Notes under the pieces: generated by a model | Seen by the model: the letters and a program-made list of their open reading frames with translations, nothing else | Databases searched by the model: none | What the model was told of the DNA's origin: nothing | Position numbers and translations under genes: made by a program | Part shown: in pieces, positions 36,301-48,736 of the stretch | Position numbering within the stretch: the first letter of the stretch is position 1 | Layout: each line of letters starts with the position of its first letter | Source of the DNA: Klebsormidium nitens | Lineage: Eukaryota; Plantae; Klebsormidiophyceae | NCBI GenBank assembly: GCA_000708835.1 | Contig: DF237451.1 | Span: forward strand, 1 to 64,000 | DNA length: 64,000 nt | Direction of reading: 5' to 3'

Positions 36301-39300
36301 AGCAGCGACCCTTGGCAAAAAAAGTCATCGCACAAAAAAAACAAGCAAATACCTGAACACTTCGGGAGTACGAATCCCTCGACCCTAGGAACCATAATCA
36401 AAGTTCACGACAAAGACGTAACAAAAGCTCATTGATCAGGAGATACCCACCTTTCCGAACATGCCGATGAGCGCTCCATAAGTGACGGCACCGATTGGCA
36501 CGCCCGCAACTCGCATCTCGGTGAGCAGGTACAGTGCTACGTCCAGCTGGCCTGAATGGCCCGCCACGTCGATCAGAGCGCTGAACACCACCTGCATTCA
36601 GCACACAAGATAGAGGTCGAAAACCTGAAATCTCATATGAATTCGCTCGCTGGGTGCACATACTCGTCTCTTTGTCGACAGATTGACAGCAGTGGTCGTT
36701 CCGTGCCAGGGAGAGTACATATCCTGAAAGACGGGTCTAGGCTTGCTAGCCAAAGCACAGTCGTGGCAGGATCGTTGAGGAGATTGGAGGGGAGTCGTCG
36801 AAACAGAACTTTAAGAGCCGTCCAGCGACTTCGCACCTCGTCGGGCATGATGCCTGCTGCGCGCATGTCTGCATAGATGGCGAGCGCCTTTGCCACGTCC
36901 CCGTCCTTGCTGCAGGCATGCACCAGCGACGTGTACACCTCCCTGGACGGCATCACGCCGCCCTCCACCATCCCCGCATAGATCTCTATCGCGCGCTCCA
37001 GCTGCAACGCCCAAAGTGGAGACGTGTCAGCGAGGTGGACGATCAAGACGAAGGGTGCTGCGCCTACGGCTCAGCCCTTTCTGAAAACCAGTGGTTTGGT
37101 CAGCGACCTTTAATAATACTTCCTCCTCACTTTGTGCGCACATGATTAGCTATACGATCCACCTTACCAATCTTAAAGTATGAACTTGATTCCCAAGAGG
37201 AATCAACCGTATCTCTAAGAGGTAGCCAACTCCTCTCACGACCTTTTGCAGCGGATCTGTCGTATGCAACCTGGCCACTGAGAAGCGTGACCGAACCTTG
37301 CACCACTCAGCATGACCTCGGAGTGTCTGCTCGGGCACTCACCTCTCCCGCTTGTGCGCATGCATTGACGAGCGTGCCGAGCGTGATGGCGTCCGGCTTC
37401 AGACCCTGTATCGCCATGTCGCCATACACGTCGAACGCTCGCGCGACCACCCCGGACCGGCCACACGCGTTGATCAGCGAGTTGAAGACTGCTTGGTCGG
37501 GCTTGATGTTCTGCACAGCCAACAGCGAAGCCTTGACTGCGACTTCACGACCGAGTATTATTCTCGCGCACAACTGAAGTTTGAGGGAAACTTCGTGCAG
37601 TTGCGCACCAGACCCTGCAACTTGCCCCTCGAACGCCAAGGCTGGCCATCAATGCTTGGAAGAGTCTCACAATAAACAACAGCTTGTCTCAACGGAACTC
37701 CATCTGCACACTTCCACTGCCACAGCTGCCTCAGAAGCGGACAACTCAGTCAGGCGCTCACCTTCTTGAGCATGATGCTGTAGGCTCCGAAGGCCTTGGC
37801 CACCTGGCGCACTTCCGCACAGCCGTGGATGAGCGCGGCAAACGTGTACCGGTTCGGCTCCACGCCCGCAGCCTCCATGTCGTGGAACACCTGCCGGAGC
37901 ACAGGACTGGGCGCTCAGCAACAAGAGTACAATTTCTCCATATGGGTACATAGGACTTGTAGAATTGCCGAATTGACAAAAGACAAGGGAAATGTGGTTT
38001 CTCGATTTTGCAAAACTTTCGTGACACATGATCTCGAGATGAGGATTGACTCCGATAACATAATGATGTACCGACGTCTTTTCCACAGCCAGCCAGTCAA
38101 GCGAAGATAAGCGCCACTGTGTCGTCAAGAAGACCAATCGGGTTAGAGTAAGACGCCATTAAAATAACTATCTTCTCGCAAAATCTGCAAGTCAAGCACT
38201 TACCTTGAACGCAAGGTCCAGCCTCCTGGCGTTCATGCAGGTGGTGATGAGCCCCGTGTACAGATGGCAGTCTGGGACCACCCTCGCGCCGTGCGCCACG
38301 GCCAGCACGTCGAAACCACCTGCAAGAGGAAGGACAAGGAGCTGAGCAGGGGGAACGGCGACTTCTCGAAAGACGCAGTTGAGAAGCGGAACAGAACAAT
38401 CACAGGGTTGCGCACTTTGAATCGCAGAGATGGTTCCGTGCAGACAAATGTCAAGTGCCACACGTGACCCTCGAGACTGCAACGACCTCGAAAAGCAGAC
38501 AGGATAAGCGGATTGTAACCAGCCAGAACAGCTACCTTCCATGACGGGCTTCCTTTCGGGTCTGAAAGTGACGAAGCACCACAAAAAAACATTTTGTACT
38601 TACGATCCACATCGGCCTTCTGAGCACAAACCCCCATGACGGAGGTCAGCAGGGTGAGCGTGGGCGCGCGGAACAGCTTGAGGAAGCGTACACTCAGAGC
38701 AGCGTCTGGCTGGGAAGCGCACAGCTGCAGCACACGCTGGTGCGACACGTGCTGCAATTCCACCAGCACAAGTTCATAAGACACTTTCGTGGGGGTAGAG
38801 TGTTCGTGGGGGCTTGAGTCGATTTGACCTCCACAGCGTTTGATGCTCCACCTACAACGTTATGGGTGATGAATGGCGCTGCTGATTGCGGGAAAAGGTC
38901 AACCTCTCCTTGGACCCATCATCAACGCACTACGCTTTGGATTGCAAGCGTTAGCATCTGCCTGTGCCGATTGAAGTCAACGAAAGGGCATCCAACAAAT
39001 GTCGCAGAGGATTTTTCGAGCGTTTAATGTGTTTCGAGGGTTTAACATGCGGCATGCCTTACCTTCTTGATATTTAGAAGTCCTGCCTGCTGTCCTGCCT
39101 CTATGATGTCTATGCACTCCTTAGCCCTGTATCAAGAAACACCGAATATCGAGTGTTGAAACATGTTACTGACAATGGGGAGACTCGGGTTCCAAACTTC
39201 AATGGCCATACCTCGATTCTGCTGCTTCGCGGTCTTCTAGACTGGCACCTGGACCTTTTGACTTGACCCTTATCACAGCATGCGTCAGCACCCCTCACTC

Positions 39301-42300
39301 GTCAACCTGCAATTTGTCCATCTGAAGCTTTGGGTACAAGAAACATATCTGACTGGTGGTGAATTCAGGAAGAGAATCCATGCCAAAATGCAGCTGCCTC
39401 ATAGCACATACTGCTGCCCCCATCCCTCTCACCTCCTCTTCTGCAAGCAGTGCCGATATTCCGCGAGAAATCCTCCCCGTGTCATCAACCTTGCGTCCTC
39501 CTTTTCAACGGGCCGCTCCAGGACAGCCACGCCTAATGTCACCCCAGCCTTCCCCCTCTCTACGCTAACACTGTCTTCATTGGGACCTTCTGCCAGCACG
39601 CCCCCAAGGCTGCTGCCAACACTCCCATTCTCAGCACTGTTCTGCGAGTTCTCCGCTCCGCTTTTACTGCTTCCCTCTGAGGGCCCCGCAGGAGCCTCCC
39701 GCCTAGCCTGGTCTTCTTCTTCCTCAAGCACGAGAAGCCCGTTGCTCGATCCGCTCTCAGCACTTACTTCAGCACCCAAAGCGTCCTTCACCGATTGCTC
39801 TACTGCAACCCCGTTTGCAGAGCCATTCGGGCCATGGTCATCTGGCTCAGGCTGCGTTGCGGCTTCTTCATCGGGGTCGATTGGGTTTTTCCAGACGGGG
39901 TGCTTTACTGGGGGTTTGTGCAACGCACGATTCAGATGTTCCACTGTGCTGCTGTGGCTGGCAGTGGGGGTACTGGCGGCTGCATGCCCATTTGGGGCAC
40001 TGCCGTTGAGGTAACTAGTGGCCGGCTCCACCTGTAGCCGAAGTTGCCACGTGCTCAGAAGGTGCTCTCGTGATAACAAGTCCCCTTTCACACCAAAAGA
40101 ATTGCCGTCCAATCAGAACCTTTGACCAGCGCTTAGGGGCCTCAAAGACAGTGCTGATGATCGCTACCACACATTTTTGTGCTGACAAGTGCCTTCAAAT
40201 GGTGCCTGCTTACCCTTGCCCGCTCCAGGTACTGCTCCAGCCAAGCCACCGTAGTTGCATCCAGCTCTGGCACAGGATCCGTCAGTCGCAAGCTGCACAC
40301 AACCGAGCGGCAAGAGTCAAGGGGCAACCTCGACTTAGAAAAATCACTGATGATGCAGCTAGGCAGAAAACGAATTGCAAGTGATCAGAAGCCATTAAGA
40401 GCAACCAACAGCAGATAGGTTGCTTTCTACGACGAGGAGCTGTGACTACGCCCATCCAAGGAACCAAAGAGTGAGTCTGCATACCTGTCGTTCTTCTGCA
40501 GGAGCACGCGACAGATCGCCACGCGCCTTTCCTCTCCGCCAGATGCGGCCCCCACCTCAGCGAGGACCCCCGCCGCCACTGACATCCTTTCCCCCGCATC
40601 GGAGCAGGCGTCCAGCGACCCCTGCAGGCTCCGCAGCTTGCCCGCCAGCGCCTCAACATCCACCCCCGCCGCCGCCATGTCTGCACTCAGCCCCTCGAAG
40701 TCGCGCAGCAACCGACGGGTCTCTTCCAGAGTGGGCTGCAGACCGACCTCAACTTATGTCAAGAGTTGCAAGAAGCCTCTCTTCAAGCACCATCTCCCGC
40801 CACGTCTCTTGGCCGAACAAGGAGATGCCCCATCTCTTCCTTCCACCACCATGGCTGGTGCATTATATCAAGTGACCATCATCGATGCCACTCAAAGAGT
40901 CCGAGGCAGAGGCACAAAGGTAGGATTGGAACACTGAATGCTTAAGCTATAAGCAGGGCATGTGCCACTCAATGCGGCTCACCCGGATAGACTCCATGAC
41001 AACCGGTCCTGCGCACTTGTATCCATTAACTTGAGAAGCCGCATTGTATGCCTCCTCCAAAGAGGTGGCCGCTGCCGACACGCTCGGCGCTGCAGTTGCC
41101 GCCTTTCCTAGCGCAGCGCCCGTCACGGCCCTGCCGCTGCCAGGCCGCATACTGCGCAACAGCTCCTTCCCCACTGGAGTCACCTACGGGATACAAGAGA
41201 GCTCCAATCGACCAGGGGCTCCAGCCGGCACCCCTTGCGGAGAGGTTTTGCAGTTGCAGGCACAGGAATGCTTGTTGAAGATGATGCATGAGCTTTGGTG
41301 AGCAATCTGCAAATAGTAGCCCTAGCTTCTTTGAGAAGGATACTCACCAGACACACCCCGAGCAACAAGATTGCTGAGGGCAGCAAAGCAGCACTTCCTC
41401 CGGAGAAAAGGTACTCCGTGGGACCCTGAAGAAACAAGACAGGTTGCATCAGCACAATGCTAGGCGGTTTGCCTTTCTATCTATGGCAACTAGCATCATG
41501 ATTTGGGACAAATCATGACTGGTTTAAGCCACAAATCGGGCAATTCCCGGGTGTGCCACTCCACAACACGTTGCCAGGAAAGACACGCCTTGCTGCTCTG
41601 GTTCAGGCCAAGCTTAGAAGCATTCTCACATATATACCACTTGCTTGGAAGGCGAGAAAGGCGCTAGCCAGACTCCTCTCCTCCAGGCATTCCCTCCCGC
41701 TCGGTTCGGCATCACCAGGGCTGTGATCAGCCTGGAAAACAATAGCAGCAGACCAAGTGAGAACTTGAAGGAAACGAACCAGCCTTTTTGATCCAAAACT
41801 GGCATGATTCCAAGGTTTTAAGGCAGACAGTGATGCACCAACTGCAGGACGGCTCTTCTCATCACTCGTCTTGACCACCATGGCTCATCGGACTCAAGAT
41901 TGAAGACGATGGCTTCCATCTCTTGATAAAAGTGACGGGTGCCCGTGCACATTGTGCGCCGCAATTGATCCTCATCAAGGGATCCTGCAAGGCTGGCACC
42001 CCATGTTTCCTTGCCTGCACTGTCGAACCTCCGCTTGTACAAACTTCTGGATCCACAGAGGTGGCCTCAGCGACACCACTGCCGACGAAAGTGCCTGCCA
42101 GGAGACCCAGCAGAGCCCGCCTCCCTAAACCTGCTTCAGAAACCGAGCTTTCTCCGGTTTGCTGACCACCATGCTTGAATTCCAATCGTGTAGTAACCTG
42201 CACAGTCAAGGGGCCAATGAAATTGCTCGTAAGCCAATAAGACCATTAGTCTTGCCGACGAGGGTGCTATTGAACCCTACTTTGGTTGAAGAAGCGAAGA

Positions 42301-42993
42301 AGGTGATCAAATTTGAGCCTGGCCATCAGGATCAAGAGGCTTGCTCTCTTGCGCATATGGTCTTGAATCTCTCAACCAAAACCGATCCATTCACATGATG
42401 ACCGCTCAAGGTTGTGACTCAAGCAGTCTTGTGACCTTTCAAAGACTCACCCTTTGAGCATTCTGAGCTGCAGAACCGTCTACTTCGTCCTGCAGCGCCG
42501 ACCGAGGGTGGTGCGGTATGCTTGCGGAACAGCACAACTTAATCCTGGCAGCTTCATGTGACCAGCAACGCTGCAATTGCCTAGACTTGCCATTCCCGGT
42601 TCTCGGACTTCCTAATGCACCTCTCCGGCTCAAAGAACCCAGATTTCGCGCTCTGCAGATGCCTAGTGCATTGTCAGATACCTGTGCTCCCTCGAAGAGC
42701 AGGGGCCAGTGCATCGAGAGCCCTCTGACACAAGGGACCAGCGTTAAATGCTGACCGTCCGAGCACCTCCTGTTGCAGCCAAACCTTGAACCTAGATGGC
42801 AACCAGGTCCATTCCTAGCATGCGGTCTGCCTGCCAATGCTTTGCCCTGCACCTTGATCCGCTTGTGCTTTGTCCGCAATCTTAGATGATTCAGACATTG
42901 CCCCCCAGCACGAACGGCTCGCTCTGACAACCCCGACATACTTCCTCCAAGGACCGCCACCCCTGACCCTTCGCGTAGCAGCTGGCTGGCCAT
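33353..42993 (-). CDS. MRL1: Chloroplast pentatricopeptide-repeat protein MRL1 (maturation of rbcL 1) orthologue
   Basis: PPR exons such as VFNSLINACGRSGVVARAFDVYGDMAIQGLKPDAITLGTLVNACAQAG and IYNALIGVKGRAGHLSEALALLDDMRSRGVKPDRITYSSLL. Pre-PPR segment ECIDIIEAGQQAGLLNIKK-HVSHQRVLQLC. MRL1 C-terminal domain LDMTYLPPNAAEVCVLAMIKRVRLKQAAG...LRRLQLRF..LRRWLRP..QQRAIRLG. N-terminal exons from 42993 splice in phase to the PPR part; the donor of the ~42000 exon is ambiguous. Confidence 0.85.
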
Positions 42994-43495
42994 GGTCCAA
43001 TCTATGATGATTGAAGAGATTCCTGTGACAAGAACAGCTCTTACAACACATACAGAGAAAAGAATGCTCAGTACTTTTGAAATAGCTGCATTCGGATCCG
43101 CGGATCTTCCAGATTCATGATGCCAAAAGGAAGATGCCCGCCATCAACAACAGGACGAGACTTTCCTAGCCTTCAACATTGAGTTTGATGAACCATTGCT
43201 GGTATCCCAGTTTCGCGGTAACCACCCATCAGACGCCCTTTTCAGTTGGGTTGAATACGGTATCTCCTGCCAAAACAGCCAAAAGCACAAACTGGCGGAT
43301 TCATCTTTGTCAGGGACGCTTTTCAAGATTGCACTTTTCAAAGCTGGTCGGCTGACCCCTCGAGGGTTCACCCAAACCGCAAAAGGATGGCCCTCAAACA
43401 ACCTACAACCATTGATCGCCGTTCATTCTGATCGACACGTAGGATCGGACGCAGATCTAGCCCCAAAAGTTTGGATTAAGGTTAGGTGCATTACC

Positions 43496-44197
43496 TGGGG
43501 ACGCGGAACATGGGCTAGAAATTTCACCGTCCGAAATTTGTCGGACGAAGTCGGGGCGGTACCAAACCGCGCGCGGTACTCGTTCAATACGCCGGCCCCC
43601 CGTATGAAATTCAAAATTCAAATCGCGAAAGGCCATTTTGGCAGCTCTGTACCACTTTTTCCACGCGAAAAGCCACCAACCTGGACTTTGGGCTGGACTC
43701 AATCTCCTCTGGGCCTTGACATTCGCCGTTGAGATCGTGACATAGGGCCTTGAAACACGGATTTGACAACGCATTTTGGGCAGCATTTGACGTTTTCAAG
43801 CAAACAAAGCCATTTTTGCGCCCCTTTACCACGTTTACCTCAACGAATCTCAGTAACCTAAAGAAGGTAATCGCTATATTCAAGTGAGGTCTTGACATAT
43901 TGGCGTTGAGATCTGGTAAACGCACTTGGATTATTCTTATAAGGCCACCACTTTCCAGCATTTGCAGCCTCCGGTCAAATTTGAAACTTGAAATTGCATT
44001 CCTTTAAGTGTTCGCTTTGTGGCAGTCTGCAGTGTGCACTTGTGCACTGGTTTCACTGGCCGAGTTCAGATCTTCGGCTGTAGCCGTCTCGGAGGTACGG
44101 TACCGAGGCTTTCCAACCGGGGTGTCCGAGACCGTCCGAAGTGAAAGTTCCAGTCTGGGGCTCGGTGAAATAGTTTAGCCCATGTTCCGCGTCCCCA
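43496..44197. mobile_element. Non-autonomous TIR element, 702 bp, with 7-bp target-site duplication CATTACC
   Basis: TGGGGACGCGGAACATGGGCTA at 43496-43517 and its exact reverse complement ending at 44197, continuing imperfectly (ATTTCACCG). CATTACC lies directly on both sides (43489-43495 and 44198-44204). Confidence 0.8.
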
Positions 44198-44561
44198 CAT
44201 TACCTCGGTTAAGCTCTTGGTTAGACGGAGATACGGAATCTGCGAGGGATTCACAATTTTGCCTAGGGAGTTTAGGCTCTCGTTCCAAGGACAGGCCAAA
44301 CATGGCATGGGCTATCTCATCGGAGGGCTGTAAAGAAGCTTCTGAAGAATCGGATGGACATATTGCGTCCCAAAGCACGGCTTGAGGCTGAGCTTAAATG
44401 TGCATGCAGCATCCGCATGCTACGCATCACTGTCAGTGTCAGTGATTGTTCGCACCTGTTCAGTTTTGTTGTCAATGTCAGTGTTGACCAGTCTGCTCGT
44501 CGAATCTGCTCACCACCTAGCTGCCTTCTCCTTATCGCTTGCACCACCTTATCTCTTGCAG

Positions 44562-47162
44562 ATGGCGTCTCCTGGTGCTGATTCTCGGGCCCCGTTGGGC
44601 GGAGCTGCAGCAGGCTCCGAAGGGCTGCATACGCCCCCTCCGGCAGCGCGCAGCGCTGAGGATATGTATCTGGATGCTTCCGACCAGGGGAACGAAAGCG
44701 ATGAGGAATTTGTAAGAGATCCTGAGTTCGAGGCCGGCATTGTGCTCTCTCCACCGCCAGCCACCCCCACTGAGCCCAGCCCTGTAGTCAGCCCAGCACG
44801 GGAAACGAAAATTCCCCGCCGTATGGGCCCCAACATTCAGAACATGTTCGTGGTAAGGACATCTCCTCTTATCTGAGCACGAGCAGAGTTCCTGCTTCGT
44901 CACATCAAGCGCTTAGTTCCTCCGCTCGCTTCTGAGATTCTGATCATGCTCATCAATTATCATTCTGCCGATATCATTCCGCCCACAGCATGTGATTGCA
45001 ACATTGCAAGGAGCTCAGAATCAGTATCACAGCCCATTGATAATGGCCCTCATCAGTGCCCGACCGCTGCCACGATTGTTTCGAATGCCATTGTAGTACC
45101 TAGCTTCATTTGTTGATCCTGCCTCTGTCTATGGGGGCAGATCTGTTAATGCGCGTTTGCTTTTGTTGAATTCTCCAGGTACGACATGGAGAGCGCTCGG
45201 ACGACGCAGTCCCCGGGTGGGTTTTTTTTTTCATTCTTTCTTAGAAAAACTGGGCTTTCACTCGTTCTTCATTTTAGCGTTCGGCGTCCTTCTGTGCAAG
45301 GGAAGGTCCTAATGGACTTCCCCGGGCCACCAACACCTCTCAGACCAATATAACCGAGTGCAAGCACAGTGCGCTTGCCAATCTAGTCGGATAGAACTCG
45401 GTAGTCCTGTTCGAGTACGTTCTGTGCAGTAAAAAAACTATCAACGACCGGGTTCTAGGCAGAAAACGGGTACAACGGGCTAGAATATGATTCGTTCTAG
45501 ACACATGCTGCCTAGAACGTAAGCGGTTCTAGTGAGAATACATGATGGAGGTCGTACAACTGCCACCCCATGCATACATTTCATACATTCTTGTAGGTGG
45601 GAGAAGACGGCCGCCAGGCCTTGGGACCCCCCTCTCACAGAGAAAGGCTTTCAGCAGGCGTATAATATGGGTCAGCAGCTGCGCAACGAGGGGTACAAGA
45701 TCGACCGAGTCGTCATCTCCCCTTTCCTACGGTGCCTTCAAACGGCGGGTGAGATCATCAAAGCATTGGTGGACGGGGCAGGAGAAGATGAAGTCGCGCA
45801 GGACAGCAAGGGCAAGGGGGTAGAGCGCGCTCAGGATGGTGCCGCACGTGCGCCGGCAAGTACAGTGAAGGCGCACATAGACTACGGTTTGACGGAGCTG
45901 CTGAACGCGCGCGCTATTCGGAACCCGCCCCGGTCGGGCGCTGATCTGCACAGCAAGGACACGTGGCTCCTGCCAGAGGAACAGCTGCACGCACTGCTGC
46001 CATCGGGAGTGCTCGATGAATTGCTGGGAACTCAGGGGAAGGTGAGGAGTTTGGCATACTTAACGAGTGGTCCTGCTCCATTCCTCGTAACTTCCCCTCC
46101 ACTTTTGGAGAGTCTTCACTATGACCAGCTTCTTTGGCTTCCTTTGTTGAATAAAACCCGTCCGTGATCAAGAGCTTTCCTGGTCACTCTTCCTTTCAAC
46201 CACTGTTCAGTGATAATTGTCAATTGCTCTTGTTGTATTTGGAGCCTGCACACTGGTCCCGATTAACGGACGTTTTGATATGTCATCTACAAACTATCTT
46301 TGATGAAACTCAAGACACTGTGGTTTGATAGTAGCTGACAAGCCCACTAAGATACACCAGCTCTGACGCTTTGGCGTTCCAGGAGGATTGTCGGAATCCA
46401 TCACCATACACTCGAGGCATGTCGCGATGATTGTGATGGTAGCACGTCTAAGAAACTTCTGTGTAATTTTCTGTGCGATTTTCGAAAAGCAAGTCCAACG
46501 TCTTACTGTGCAGTTCCCAGATTGGCCCGAGGATGATGAGGTGTGCCATGCTCGGTATGCCGAGGCTTATGGCAGGATTGGAGACCAGTTTCCAAACGAA
46601 GATATCATTTGCGTGACCCACGGTAAGGGCTATCACTTTCGTGAGCAATCAACCTATCTGCCTCGTTTCGTATTACTTCACTTGTCTAAGTTCAGTAAAC
46701 GGGGTCAGAGTATCGCGGCTTCAAGGGCCAGCCTATGAAGTTCAATGCGTCCGTTTTGACAATGAACACCCCAAACTTGCCAGAGCCAGCATCTGTCAGT
46801 CGGTTCCATCAATCTGATGTGTTCTTTGTGTACCTCGACTTGATCATCGCCAGACTACCTATGTGAAGCTGTACCACCTACAATACTTTTGCTATGTCCA
46901 CGTACACTATGTTCTCTGGAGTTTGTGACGCTTTTCATTGAATTGCTAAGGAGGACTAGGCTCATCACGCTGGCGTTTTGCAGGAGAGGGCGTTGGTGTT
47001 TCCGCCAGTCGGTTTAAAAAGGTTGTCGTTTACGCTGTGAACTACTGTGGCTTCACTCAAGCGCAACGATCCAGACCTGGCACATCGGGAGAGCCAGACG
47101 AACAGTGGGACCTTGTGACGCAGTCTGAGGAAAGCGGAGTCTACTGGACATTGACCACTTGA
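44562..47162 (+). CDS. Histidine phosphatase superfamily (phosphoglycerate mutase-like) protein
   Basis: Five exons: ..QNMFVV / VRHGERSDDAVPG / WEKTAARPWDPPLTEKGFQQA..VISPFLRCLQTA.. / FPDWPE..CHARY..DIICVTHG / EGVGVS..YCGF..WTLTT*. The RHG motif and second catalytic His are present; acidic, Pro-rich N-terminal extension. Confidence 0.9.
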
Positions 47163-47846
47163 AGCTGCTGTGTTATTTTGAAGGCATCAGTGATGTCACG
47201 GCACACAACTCGGGATTTTTCTCGAAGTTCAGTGCTAGGACCTTACCAAACTTCGTGGGTTTGACAGCGCAAGGGTTTTGCTAAGCGGATGCTGTCGTTA
47301 ACGTTCGTTAGGCAAGGGAGATGCCCCACGTAGCGACGTAATAAGGACGTACAAAAGTATCAGGGCGTCAAAGATACATACCAAGAAACTTGGCAAGGGG
47401 GTTGCCAGCCAGCAGTGTAAAAGCCCGGGACTCGGATTGTATCGAGCAAACCGGTCCAGCACTTCGCTCAGTTGCAGGTCTGACGTACCATGCAGTCGGA
47501 GGGGTTTAATTAGACAGGATTGATCGAATCGATCAATCACCTCGTGGCTTGGGCGATGACACTAAAGAGACTGGTCAGAGATACACAAATGACAATACAT
47601 ATATAAGTTGACATGCATGCAGACGCGGAGTCGGAGCGCGGACGACATGCTAGATAAGCACAGACTTTTTGCCGCATTTCGAGCCTAGAACTCGAAGGAA
47701 CTTCGAATTGACATCGTGTCGATCGCAGATTCAACCACGTATATACCGACCACGATGCGACCACGATGCGCGCGCCAATATATATGTTGCTGAGTAATTT
47801 AGCATCTAGCTTTAATAGTACTAAGCTGTAGTATCATAGTATATGA

Positions 47847-48736
47847 CCATAGCGTTGTTGAAGTAGCGTGCAACCCCGCCTCTAACTCCGCCCGGTTGCT
47901 TGATGGAAAAGTGATCGGGGAGTTTGGGCCGAGATTCGTTTCGAGGATAAGGCTAATCAAAAGTCGACACCTGTCCGGGGTCGAAACCTGGTGCCAACTA
48001 GAAGCATCAATGATTGGTACTTTCAAGAAGTATGATCTGCCCGGTTGATGTGTATATTTTAACCGGGTAGCCCGGTCGCGCGCTATTCAGCACACTACCG
48101 GCAGATTTTAAGTTGTAGGCTAGTCTGCGGTAAGGTATAGTGTCTACGATCCCGGGCCTCGGCAGAGTTGACCCCCGTACCCGGTGGATGGGAAAATTGA
48201 GTTAGAAGTTGAACCTATTGAGGTCTGTCTACCCAACAACCACCGACCGGACCAGATCTACCTACTGTGAGTGACGTCATCTATAGGTCTACCGTCCGCG
48301 TAAAGGTATGTACCAGTAGACTTACACTACTACACAAGTAGGCCTAAGCTTCCTAGGCTACATAAGTAGGTAGTAGCCAGTGTGCAGTGTTCAAATTGTT
48401 TCCAACGGTTCTATACCGCAGACCGCGCGGTACGGCCGGCGGCCCAAATAAGTAGTACCGGGTACCTAAAATACGGGTACCATGTCAGAACTGTCAGAAC
48501 CGGCCCCTTACACTTGATTTTGGAGCTAGACTGTGTCAGATCTCGGTCCAAACTGGGAGCGATTGACACTATCAAACTTCTCAAATTGGCTGAGAATTGC
48601 GACCGCCGTCGATGCGAATATCTACGGCGAAAAAAGCCTTATCCCAACAATCGAATCCGAAACCGAATTTGTTGTGGTGGCTTCTACGGCCTCCGAGTTA
48701 GAGGCGGGGTCGCGGGCTTCTTCAACAACGCTATGG
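47847..48736. mobile_element. Degenerate foldback/MITE-like element with long imperfect inverted termini (~890 bp)
   Basis: CCATAGCGTTGTTGAAG (47847-47863) is the exact reverse complement of 48720-48736. CCCCGCCTCTAACTC (~47874-47888) pairs with GAGTTAGAGGCGGGG (~48695-48709). Further partial matches at GATAAGGCT/AGCCTTATC. No TSD seen. Confidence 0.55.

Noticed and set aside
48090-48145. CACTAC...TAGTG suggesting a CACTA element
   Set aside because: No matching TIR beyond 5 bp and no 3-bp TSD.
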